Source: a virus (lineage: Duplodnaviria > Caudoviricetes). Taken from it: a stretch of 60,147 bases of DNA. The stretch spans positions 1 through 60,147 of the IMG/VR virus record IMGVR_UViG_3300043485_000022; one strand, 5' to 3'. The position numbers and the translations under genes were made by a program. Positions 18,482 to 27,399 of this stretch are shown here, one piece after another. The notes under the pieces are model-generated. The model was given only the letters and a program-made list of their open reading frames with translations. It ran no database searches and had not been told where the DNA came from. The stretch's first letter is position 1. Every line of letters begins with the position of its first letter.

Positions 18482-19159
18482 GTGATGGATCAGCATTCGA
18501 GTTCATGGCCTAGTGAACCTCAAAACTACGCGCTGTCGGTTGTCAAGTCCGAAGAAGCAGACACGGATCGAAGTCCTTTTCCGTCTGACGAATCATATCT
18601 TCATGCAGCGGAGATCTTAGAGGTCCATGTCAACGTGATCAAAGCGTTTGCTGTTGTCGAGGGCGGCGCGTGGGGAGCCTTCTTACCAAGTGGACTGCCG
18701 ATCATTCTCTTTGAACGTCATCTTTTTCATCGTTACACAGGCGGCAAATATGATACAGCGGGAGTCTCAAATCCTTCTATCTCCCCTCAGAATAGTCTAA
18801 TCTCCAGTCCTGTTCCTGGTGGCTACGGGTCGCCTTATGTGCAGCACATCAAACTAGCCAGAGCGGCTGAACTGGACCGCCCCGCTGCTCTCAAGGCTAC
18901 ATCGTGGGGGTTGTTTCAAATCCTTGGTGTGAATCATGAGCGGGCTGGTTTCGCTTTGCTGCAAGCTTTCATAAACGCAATGTACAGGTCGGCTGATGAT
19001 CACTTGTTGGCGTTTGTCGGGTTTATCAAGTCTGATCTGAGACTGCTGAAGGCTTTGCAGACTAAGAACTGGCCTGTGGCTGAGAAGCTTTACAATGGAC
19101 CAATGGCGAAGGGATACGCCGCAAAGATCCAGCATGAATACGCTCGTCTATCCGCCTGA
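18482..19159 (+). CDS. Endolysin, N-acetylmuramidase (DUF3380)
   Basis: AFAVVE, ILFERHLF, ATSWGLFQILGVNH and YNGP motifs. Confidence 0.92.
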   Translation: MMDQHSSSWPSEPQNYALSVVKSEEADTDRSPFPSDESYLHAAEILEVHVNVIKAFAVVEGGAWGAFLPSGLPIILFERHLFHRYTGGKYDTAGVSNPSISPQNSLISSPVPGGYGSPYVQHIKLARAAELDRPAALKATSWGLFQILGVNHERAGFALLQAFINAMYRSADDHLLAFVGFIKSDLRLLKALQTKNWPVAEKLYNGPMAKGYAAKIQHEYARLSA

Positions 19160-19167
19160 GATACCCG

Positions 19168-19584
19168 ATGTCCTATTACGAGGAGATCCTTGCAGTTCAA
19201 CCCCCATTTGACATTGGCCCTGATAATGTCAAGCGGCCCACGTTCTCTGTCAACTTCGATTGTCGCGTCACTGGCTACACAGGCAAGCTTGAACAAGAGA
19301 TCTGCTCTTACATAGCTGTCAACAATCTAGGTCAGCTTCCTCCAGTAGGCACCACTCTTTGGTATGGCAGATCTGCTCCTATCCCAACTGGAGACGGGCC
19401 TATTATCCATTTGTTCAACACCGGTGGCAGCTCTACCGATGAGACCCATGATGACCGAGACACGTTCAATTTATCCTTTCAAATCGTCGTGCGAGCGTTG
19501 AAGTACGATGATGCTCGGCAGCGCGTGTGGGCAATCTGGAGGCTGCTGGACGGGCTGAGGGAAATTGAGATAGAATCAAGCTGA
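19168..19584 (+). CDS. Tail terminator-like protein
   Basis: TGG, SFQIVVRA..YDDA pattern; synteny. Confidence 0.65.
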   Translation: MSYYEEILAVQPPFDIGPDNVKRPTFSVNFDCRVTGYTGKLEQEICSYIAVNNLGQLPPVGTTLWYGRSAPIPTGDGPIIHLFNTGGSSTDETHDDRDTFNLSFQIVVRALKYDDARQRVWAIWRLLDGLREIEIESS

Positions 19585-19620
19585 TCGATCCACAAGACAA
19601 GACAAGAAAGGATTTCTGCC

Positions 19621-20028
19621 ATGCCTCGCACTGCCACCCAGAAGTCGTCCGTAGGTCCCAAGCGCCTCTCCAAATCCGCTGCTTCTACCGCAAAGACTCC
19701 TGCTGTTCTAGTTCCGCTGTCAGCTCAAGCGTTCACGTTCTATCGTGACAGTCACATTCAACAGTCTCACATCGATAATCTGTTCGGTGATGGTTTCACA
19801 GCTGTTATTTACCACAAGATCATTTCGGTTCGTATCAGTTCGACCTTGCGAAACTCTTCTTCCACTGGGAATGAGCTTGAGGCTGCTGCCCAGATGTGTG
19901 CAGAGAACGTCGTGATCTCACCTGACAACCCTCGACCCCTCATGAGCTTCGAGCAATGGATGGAGATCGATCTCGGCTCGCTCAGCAAGATCGTAGAAGC
20001 CATGAGCAACAACGTGGGAAAAGACTGA
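19621..20028 (+). CDS. Tail assembly chaperone (gpG-like)
   Basis: Ends in slippery site G GGA AAA (20016-20022), upstream of the tape measure. Confidence 0.78.
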   Translation: MPRTATQKSSVGPKRLSKSAASTAKTPAVLVPLSAQAFTFYRDSHIQQSHIDNLFGDGFTAVIYHKIISVRISSTLRNSSSTGNELEAAAQMCAENVVISPDNPRPLMSFEQWMEIDLGSLSKIVEAMSNNVGKD

Positions 20029-20405
20029 CGCAGAGTGACGAGCTACGCTTTCTCTACCGACTAGCCTTCTACTGTGGAGAGTGGAACGTTGAAGACCCAG
20101 GCGGGCTGCTGGACAAGATGTCAGTCAAGCAGTTCCGTGGCTGGGTAGAATACGCGCAGTTGGAGCCTTTTGGTGAGGAGCGTAGCGATTGGCGTGCGGG
20201 GCTGATCACTTCTGCGATCTATAACGTCAATATGGATACCCGCAAGCACAAGCCGATGGAACCCACGGACTTTATGCCGAAGTTCGGTACAGCGGTTGAA
20301 AGCGAAGATCACAGGGACGACGAAAGTGGGGACGAATCTATCACGTTAGAGCAGTGGAACAACTTCAAGTCGGAGATCGTCATGGCTGCTAAACCGAGAA
20401 GTTGA
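20016..20405 (+). CDS. Tail assembly chaperone -1 frameshift extension (gpGT-like)
   Basis: -1 frame continues GKRLTQ...W..Y..LEPFGEERSDWRAGLI. Confidence 0.8.
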   Translation, partial: GKRLTQSDELRFLYRLAFYCGEWNVEDPGGLLDKMSVKQFRGWVEYAQLEPFGEERSDWRAGLITSAIYNVNMDTRKHKPMEPTDFMPKFGTAVESEDHRDDESGDESITLEQWNNFKSEIVMAAKPRS

Positions 20406-20542
20406 CATGAGATATTGGAGAGCAGCGAAGGTTGTAATCGCCTTTTTACCGATGGTAGTTCTAGAGCTACTGGAGAGTTCCGGGGACTTAGCCAATCGGC
20501 TCAGTTGGAAGTTGTCTGCATGGATCAAGAGATGAGACCGGC

Positions 20543-23500
20543 ATGTCAGTAAACATCGGCGCGATCGAAGCGACTCTCTCGCTCATAGATAACCTCACTC
20601 AGCCGCTTGCCAAGGCTGGATCGAACCTGACTCAGTTCTCTGGCTCGACGGTGACTAAAGCCTCCAGTAACATCAAGTCGGCGTCCAACTCAATCGAACA
20701 GTCCTTCGCCAAACTCGCCGCCAGTCTTGATCCTGTAGTCGCTGGAGAGCAAAAGCTTGCCAAGGCTAGTGAAACCCTCACTGCTGCTCTCGGCAAGGGT
20801 CTGATCACTCAACAGCAGCACCATGCTCTTCTTGACAAGGCCAAGGAGAAGTATTCCAATCTCGAAAACCCTCTCGTCACCTTGCGTGGTCGTGTTGGCG
20901 AGTTGACCGAAACTATTGCAAGGTTTGGTGGCGAGGCTGGCGAAGGACTCAATAGAGTAGCGGGGGGGTTGCTCGGATTAGGGGCTTCGGCGGGCACTGC
21001 TGCGGCTGAGCTAGGACCCCTTCTGCCTGTCATCGCCGGCATCGCGGCGGTCGCGGCTACAGTCTCTGTAGGTTTTAAGCTTGCTGAGTGGCTGGGGGAT
21101 GTTGTCAAGGAAGGGTTAGCAGCTCAGCAGGTCGTAGAGCAGCTTAACCAGACCCTGCGCACCAACGGCTCAGCGTCGGGCTTGTCTGCTCACGAGATGA
21201 TTGAGTATGCGGGTTCATTGGAGTTGCTGACAGGTCGATCCGACGAAGCTATCGCTGCTGGCGAGGGTATTCTCTCTAAGTTCTCGCATATTGGGCCGAC
21301 TGTATTCAAGCCAGCGACGCAAGCTGCTTTGGACTTGGCTGCTGGCGGGAAAAGTATCGATGAGTCCTTCAAGATAGTCGCCAAGGTTTTGGACGGTAAT
21401 ACAAGAGGCTTCCGCGCTCTTGCCGATGAAGGCATCCATCTTACTAAAGGTCAGATGGCAACTGCCGAGGAGATGATAAAGACTGGACATATTGTTGAAT
21501 ATCAAAACCTCATCTTGGGTGTTCTAAAGGAAAAGACCGGTGATGCGGCGGCAGCGTTTGGTAGAACCCTTCCAGGGCAAATGTCAATCGCTCGGGAGGA
21601 GTTTGGCAACTTCAAAGAGGAAATTGCCAGTGAAATCATCCCAGCTCTAGAGGATCTCGTCAATTCGACAATCGACAACGCAGGAGGCTGGGTAACTCTC
21701 CACAACATTATTGTTGGTCAAGCACATGAGATAGGCGATGTGATTCGTACGATGATCTATGGGATCACAATGACTTATCACGAATGGGCCGCCCAGCAAG
21801 ATGCCTTGGGCGCAAATATCTCTGCCGGATTTGAGAAAATAGATAATGCAATAGCTGTTTTTGCACGGGCCATGTCTGCTCTGCCATCTGCCATGGGTGG
21901 TGGTCAAGTATGGGCAGATATCGCGGATGGAATGACAGCAGCAGCAGCAAGAATGGGAGCAGAGGCGGAGAAGAGCGCTGCTTCGGCGTTTAAACACGGA
22001 CAAACTTATGTCGAATTGGGGAACAAGCTAGCGCAGCATCGTCTGGCACTTGAGGGTGACACGAATGTCGTTAAGAAGAATGGCTCATCGCTTGATGAAC
22101 TCGAGGAGAAGCAAAAGTCACAAGCTGCTGCTCAAGAGAAGCTGAACAGGCTCTTGCTAGAGGGTAGTGATGCGGTTCGGACTTACGATGATAAGCTTGC
22201 AGACCTGATCAACAAGATCAATGAACAAGTCATCGCTCAAAACGCTCTGCTCGTAGTTGCTGGCAAGAGCCTCTTTGCCTATGCTCAAGCTAAACAGGAA
22301 GAAGAGAGAAACAAAGCTGTTGAGTCAGCGACGATTCAGCTTGCGAAGGATCATCGGACGGAGATAGAAAAACTCCTCGACGTGGAATCCAAGCTTCGTG
22401 CCAGTCGCCACGATGCCGAAGCCGACAAGATAGCTGCGCAGATCGTCAAGATCAACGCTGCTTACAAAGAGCAGTCCAAGGCTGTTGGTACGCTTGCCGG
22501 ACGAAACTTCGATCTCAAGGCATCAACAGATCAAGTCCTCAAGTCCATGCAGAGCAACTTCAACTTTACAAACAAGATCCTCTCGCTGCAAGCTGACTTG
22601 TCAGATGCTATTGACGGCACGACTTTCTCCAGCCGCGAGATGTCTATACAACTCGATACCACCGCAAGGCAGTTGGATGAGCTGAAGACGACTGAGGGTG
22701 ATCTCGCCAAGTCAATCGCTGAGACCGTCCGCCGCGAGCACGAGCGTGTCAACGTCATGCAAGATGTTATTGACGTGGCGCGGCAACTTGGCACGCTGAA
22801 CAATCAAGCAAGTCTGCAAACTGCTGTCTCGCATATCGACTCCAGCTCCTCCCACTATATCCAAGAGATCGAGCAGAAGTACCTTGAGGTTGTGGCTTCC
22901 ATTGGCAAGGGTTCTATCGAGGAAGGCCAGCGGATCATTGCTGAGACTCAAAAGGTTCTGGAAGATCTCGGCATCAACATCGGCAACATCTCTGACAAGA
23001 TCAAGGGTGATCTCCAGGCTATCCAAGATGCGCAGATTATCTCCTCTGCAAAGGGAGCCGCCAAAACCCCCTACGATCTCTACAAGGAAGAGCGTGAGAA
23101 GATCGTCCAGCTCATGAAGACTAGTGCTGGGCAGACTGAGAGTGTTGCTGCTGACTTGGCTGCTTATCTGGAGAGGTTGGACTCAGACTTTTTCAACTCT
23201 CGCTTGTCTATTTGGACTTCAGCGTTGGACGGACTGGGGAATCTATTCGGCGGGTTCCTCGGAAAGATCATCCAACAGATCTCTACTGCGGTTAAGAATG
23301 TCCAATCTGCCTATCAGACTGGTCAACAGCTCGGGAGTGCTCTAAATAGCGCTGGGATCGGCGGTGCTGGTCTAGGTGGTTCGCTTGGTGGCATCCTCGC
23401 TGTAGTCCAGATCTTCTACGAGGTCTACAGCGCAGTCAGTAAGAACATCAAGAAGCAACGCGATGCGATCATGGGCGAAGTCACGAGTTTACAAGCTATC

Positions 23501-25969
23501 AATGGAGTCTTCTCGTCGCCGCAATACTTTGATCAAGCTGGACGGAAGTTCAACCAATCTTTGCGGAACTTGATCGATCAAATCCTCTCCACGATCACAG
23601 GGACTCTTGACGATCTACCCGAGATTCTGATCAAGGCTCGCCATGATGGGAAGAAGTTTGCGGTCTATGTCGCGGGTGTCTTTCTGGGGATGTTCAATGA
23701 TGCCCAGACCGCGATGGAAGAAGCTGTCAGCTACGCCATATCAACAGCCTCGTTTGAAGGGATGGGGCCTGAGCTCGCCAGAGCCTTACAAGCCAGCATT
23801 GGCAAGACTCTAGAAGAGCTTCAAGCAAATATTGCTACAGCTACGAGTGTTCGCAACGCTCGTATCGGTGATGCTGGCGCTGGCTATGTGGAAGCTTCGG
23901 ACAAGTACCGGCAGGAGATCGAAGCTGCTCAGCGTTTGGGGCTGGCTATCACGGATCTGATCGCCAAGCGCGACAAGGAACTCCAGGCGATCACCAATAG
24001 CGCCTTGGGGATTGATACGAGCGCGTCGGACAGGTTGGAGGGGCTGAGGTCACTGTCGGCAGGAATAGCTGAAGTCGCGGATAGCACGACAGCTCAGCTC
24101 CGCCAGTTGATCACTCGTACGATGGATGAAATCGCTCAACTCCAGCACGAGATGCATGATCAGCCCAATGGACCTGTCACCACTCAGAGAGAGCCAGGAG
24201 GTGGAGGTGGGGGCGGTACGACTTCCAACCGGTGGAACCCCTATGGCGGTTTCAGAACCAAAATAGGAGAAGTCCTGGACGATACCACCGGCGATGCTGA
24301 GCAGCAGATCCAGCGTCTTCGCGAGGCTCTGGCTCAGTACACTGCCGAGCTGGACAAGGTTCCGCAAGCCTTGTCCGATCAGCAGTTGAGCATGGGCATT
24401 TTCGACACCCTCTACAAGTTTGTCCAAGGTAATCATAAGTACGACGCTGAAGCGATCAAATACGCTCGTATGCGTGTGCAGATCGAGTTTGATCTCATCA
24501 AGCTGAAGCTGGTCGAACTGGGGCGTTGGGAGCAGTTCGCCGGGATGTTCAACGATGCTTTCAACGCCGCTATGCAGTCGGCGGGCAAGCTTCCCCACAG
24601 TAGTGGAGGCGGTAAGCAAGACGGTGTCCAGTCGTTTATTGATGATCGTCGTAAGGATGCAGCTCAACGCGGGATGGCTGATTATCAGAAGCAGATCGAT
24701 GATGTCATGAGGAGTTATGCTGAGCAGATCAAAGCCGCCGGTAAGAACTCGGCTGCTGTCAAGGAGCTGACTGCTCTCCGGAATGCCGAAGTCGCCGCGA
24801 TCAACAAGCAAAAGGGCGCTGATGTTGTCGAGTCGTTCCGTGGGTTCTTGGGGCTTGTCACGCCGTTTGATCAGGTCCGTGACACTGCTGAAGGACTGAT
24901 CAAGTCGATTGAAGACTCGCCGTTTGGAAGCACCCGCAAGGCTAACATGATTCTGCGTGTGATGGACAAGATCAACGCCGAGATCTCGCGGATGTCTCAG
25001 GAGTCGGCACGTGGGCTGCTCAGCGAGATGCTCGGGGATATGGAAAAGTTTGGTGCCACGGATGCTCAGATGTTCCAGGCGCGGCAGAGCATGGCGATTC
25101 TGGAACATACACTCAAGATGGTCCACTATCAGGAAGAGATCGAGATCTTGCGGGCGCAGGGCAAGCTTGCTCCGGAAGTGATGGCCGCTCTGGACAAGTC
25201 TTTTCAGTTCCTCTCAGGGATTGATCCAACTCGGTTTATTACAGGTGGTGCTGGTGGCGGCGAGACCCAGCAAGACCTGATCAATGCCGTAGCAGCTCGA
25301 CAAGAGCAAGCTGCTCAAGACGCGCTGGACGCGTTGCACCGTGCGCAGGAGAGCCTGCGGAGTTATCAGGATGATGGTCTCGACTCACTGACTAGATCAC
25401 TTCGCAAGATCAACGATGACTTCGTGCTCATCCGTCGCTCACTCGGCAACACCCCCGAGGTCATAAACACCTTCAACCAAGCTGTTCACAGAGCCGTGCA
25501 GGACTTCCTGCAACCTGTGGTGGACAGTCAGCGAGACTTGTTCTACGGTGAGAACTCCACTGTCGGCACGATGGACCAATGGTCTCGCATGCAGCAAGAG
25601 GAAGCCACGCTCATGGCTCGGTTCAGAGCTGGTGATTTGTCGGTTGTGGGTCAGTTGTCCAGTTTCGGCCAGCAGTTCATGTCTCTAGCAGAGCAAGTGT
25701 TGCCACACGGGAGCATGGGCTTTGCTCAGATCTCAGATCAGTGGAATCAGTTCCTGACCGAGGTTCAGCAGAACGCGCCGGATATGGCGATGGGATCTGC
25801 TCTCAACCCTATGGCGGTTGCTGGGCTGCCGGACTTGGTGGATATTGGGGAGGCTCAGGCTGAAACGTTGGGGATGATCTACGGACAAACCATGCGAGGA
25901 GCTGTTGCTACTGAGGCTTTGCTCGCAAGACTGCAAACTCCTGGAGGAGGGATGAATAATGTCATGTAG
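20543..25969 (+). CDS. Tape measure protein (1808 aa)
   Basis: Very long Ala/Leu/Gln-rich helical protein directly after the chaperones. Confidence 0.93.
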   Translation: MSVNIGAIEATLSLIDNLTQPLAKAGSNLTQFSGSTVTKASSNIKSASNSIEQSFAKLAASLDPVVAGEQKLAKASETLTAALGKGLITQQQHHALLDKAKEKYSNLENPLVTLRGRVGELTETIARFGGEAGEGLNRVAGGLLGLGASAGTAAAELGPLLPVIAGIAAVAATVSVGFKLAEWLGDVVKEGLAAQQVVEQLNQTLRTNGSASGLSAHEMIEYAGSLELLTGRSDEAIAAGEGILSKFSHIGPTVFKPATQAALDLAAGGKSIDESFKIVAKVLDGNTRGFRALADEGIHLTKGQMATAEEMIKTGHIVEYQNLILGVLKEKTGDAAAAFGRTLPGQMSIAREEFGNFKEEIASEIIPALEDLVNSTIDNAGGWVTLHNIIVGQAHEIGDVIRTMIYGITMTYHEWAAQQDALGANISAGFEKIDNAIAVFARAMSALPSAMGGGQVWADIADGMTAAAARMGAEAEKSAASAFKHGQTYVELGNKLAQHRLALEGDTNVVKKNGSSLDELEEKQKSQAAAQEKLNRLLLEGSDAVRTYDDKLADLINKINEQVIAQNALLVVAGKSLFAYAQAKQEEERNKAVESATIQLAKDHRTEIEKLLDVESKLRASRHDAEADKIAAQIVKINAAYKEQSKAVGTLAGRNFDLKASTDQVLKSMQSNFNFTNKILSLQADLSDAIDGTTFSSREMSIQLDTTARQLDELKTTEGDLAKSIAETVRREHERVNVMQDVIDVARQLGTLNNQASLQTAVSHIDSSSSHYIQEIEQKYLEVVASIGKGSIEEGQRIIAETQKVLEDLGINIGNISDKIKGDLQAIQDAQIISSAKGAAKTPYDLYKEEREKIVQLMKTSAGQTESVAADLAAYLERLDSDFFNSRLSIWTSALDGLGNLFGGFLGKIIQQISTAVKNVQSAYQTGQQLGSALNSAGIGGAGLGGSLGGILAVVQIFYEVYSAVSKNIKKQRDAIMGEVTSLQAINGVFSSPQYFDQAGRKFNQSLRNLIDQILSTITGTLDDLPEILIKARHDGKKFAVYVAGVFLGMFNDAQTAMEEAVSYAISTASFEGMGPELARALQASIGKTLEELQANIATATSVRNARIGDAGAGYVEASDKYRQEIEAAQRLGLAITDLIAKRDKELQAITNSALGIDTSASDRLEGLRSLSAGIAEVADSTTAQLRQLITRTMDEIAQLQHEMHDQPNGPVTTQREPGGGGGGGTTSNRWNPYGGFRTKIGEVLDDTTGDAEQQIQRLREALAQYTAELDKVPQALSDQQLSMGIFDTLYKFVQGNHKYDAEAIKYARMRVQIEFDLIKLKLVELGRWEQFAGMFNDAFNAAMQSAGKLPHSSGGGKQDGVQSFIDDRRKDAAQRGMADYQKQIDDVMRSYAEQIKAAGKNSAAVKELTALRNAEVAAINKQKGADVVESFRGFLGLVTPFDQVRDTAEGLIKSIEDSPFGSTRKANMILRVMDKINAEISRMSQESARGLLSEMLGDMEKFGATDAQMFQARQSMAILEHTLKMVHYQEEIEILRAQGKLAPEVMAALDKSFQFLSGIDPTRFITGGAGGGETQQDLINAVAARQEQAAQDALDALHRAQESLRSYQDDGLDSLTRSLRKINDDFVLIRRSLGNTPEVINTFNQAVHRAVQDFLQPVVDSQRDLFYGENSTVGTMDQWSRMQQEEATLMARFRAGDLSVVGQLSSFGQQFMSLAEQVLPHGSMGFAQISDQWNQFLTEVQQNAPDMAMGSALNPMAVAGLPDLVDIGEAQAETLGMIYGQTMRGAVATEALLARLQTPGGGMNNVM

Positions 25970-27329
25970 CGCACAAGGGTTGACAACTGAGACGAGTCAT
26001 GGGACGATTGTCCTGCAACGGAGCCCTTCGCCGGATCTCCTGGAGCAGCCTGACAGCCCGTCTGCCCACGGCCTTCGCCCCTCAAGCTTGAGGAGCCTTT
26101 TTTCTGCCCTCTCAGCGGCCATTCTGGGCCTCCTCGTTGCCTCGGGGCTGGCTACCCCCCTACTACAGGCCCAGACGTGCCCCTGGACTACCACCATCCG
26201 CCAGGAAGTATGCCCTGGGGGCTCCTGCGCCTCCAAAGGTGCCACTCTCACCTACCAGGAACTCGATCGCGACCTGCTCAACACAGTAGGGCTCTGCTCA
26301 GGCCCGGGGCTGTTCACATGGCCCACGGTTGCAGCCGGGGTGATGCAATCCACAAGTGGTGGAGCCTTGTCGATCCTCGCCCCAACAGACGACAACTTGC
26401 TCGTGGGGTCTGGCACGGCTTTTCAGCTCAAAGCCCTCCCCAACTGCACAGACACAACCGGCAACCACCTTAACTACACCACCAGCACCAACACGTTCTC
26501 TTGCGGCACGACGTCCAGCGGTGGTGGAGGTGGATTCGCTTTCTCAACCATAGACGCTGGCACGGGAACTGATCCTGTCGCTGATGCTGCCGCCGACACG
26601 CTCATTATCACTTCTGGGGACGGGATTGTTGTCCTGGGAGACGCCACTGCTGACTCAGTCACGATCTCTCAGCAGGACCCCATGCTTGTCAGCGACATGC
26701 AGGATGAGTTCTGCTCGCGAAACACCACAGCCGGAGTCTATGGCAGTTTGAACTGGTCTATCTACGGGACCAATGCGTTGAGTGAGATCGCGGCTGAGGC
26801 ATCCCACCCATGTATCCAGACGATGTTCACCACGACCACGAGCGGGAACGTCAATGCCATAGGCATGGGAAAGTTCTCTAACACTGATCAATTCCGCTTG
26901 GCTGACATAGACCGTGCATGGTTTGTTATCAAAACCGACGTGAGCATCGCTTCGACTGAGATCAGAGTTGGGTTCATGGACGACCTGTCTTCTACTAATG
27001 GAGGGAACGAAGCTTTTCTAGTCGAGTATGATCCGACTGTCTCGGGGGTGTGGCGGTGCATCACCAGAACAGGCGGCGTAGCTACTACAACTGCCTCGGC
27101 TGTGACGGTCGCGGCTAATACCTGGTACACGATTGAACTGGAGAGGACTAGCGGCGCTGCATACCGCTGCTATGTGAACAGCTTGACGAGTTTCGCGAGC
27201 CACACGACCAATATTTCTAGTAGTTTCATGCAGGTTGGGTTTGCAGTGGAGACACAAGCGGCTGCCGGCAAGACCATTCTCATTGACTTTTTCCGTTTGC
27301 TACACAAGGTCTTTACGCAGCGCTGGTAA
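25959..27329 (+). CDS. Tail fibre/receptor-binding-like protein with N-terminal hydrophobic segment and C-terminal lectin-like domain
   Basis: KGATLTYQELD motif, Thr/Gly-rich shaft, ConA-like C-terminus. Start uncertain. Confidence 0.55.
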   Translation: MSCSAQGLTTETSHGTIVLQRSPSPDLLEQPDSPSAHGLRPSSLRSLFSALSAAILGLLVASGLATPLLQAQTCPWTTTIRQEVCPGGSCASKGATLTYQELDRDLLNTVGLCSGPGLFTWPTVAAGVMQSTSGGALSILAPTDDNLLVGSGTAFQLKALPNCTDTTGNHLNYTTSTNTFSCGTTSSGGGGGFAFSTIDAGTGTDPVADAAADTLIITSGDGIVVLGDATADSVTISQQDPMLVSDMQDEFCSRNTTAGVYGSLNWSIYGTNALSEIAAEASHPCIQTMFTTTTSGNVNAIGMGKFSNTDQFRLADIDRAWFVIKTDVSIASTEIRVGFMDDLSSTNGGNEAFLVEYDPTVSGVWRCITRTGGVATTTASAVTVAANTWYTIELERTSGAAYRCYVNSLTSFASHTTNISSSFMQVGFAVETQAAAGKTILIDFFRLLHKVFTQRW

Positions 27330-27399
27330 GCTGGCTGGCTTGGCTGGCTGGACGACCTGTTAGCTAGACAAGACATGAGACAGAACTTGGGGTGATCGC

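Noticed and set aside
24050-25126. 358-aa minus-strand ORF and similar long antisense ORFs (10033, 12510, 13616, 14656, 40036, 56004)
   Set aside because: Shadows of well-supported + strand genes, with no recognisable motifs.
27330-27351. GCTG/GGCT short tandem repeat
   Set aside because: Short, single locus, no functional context.
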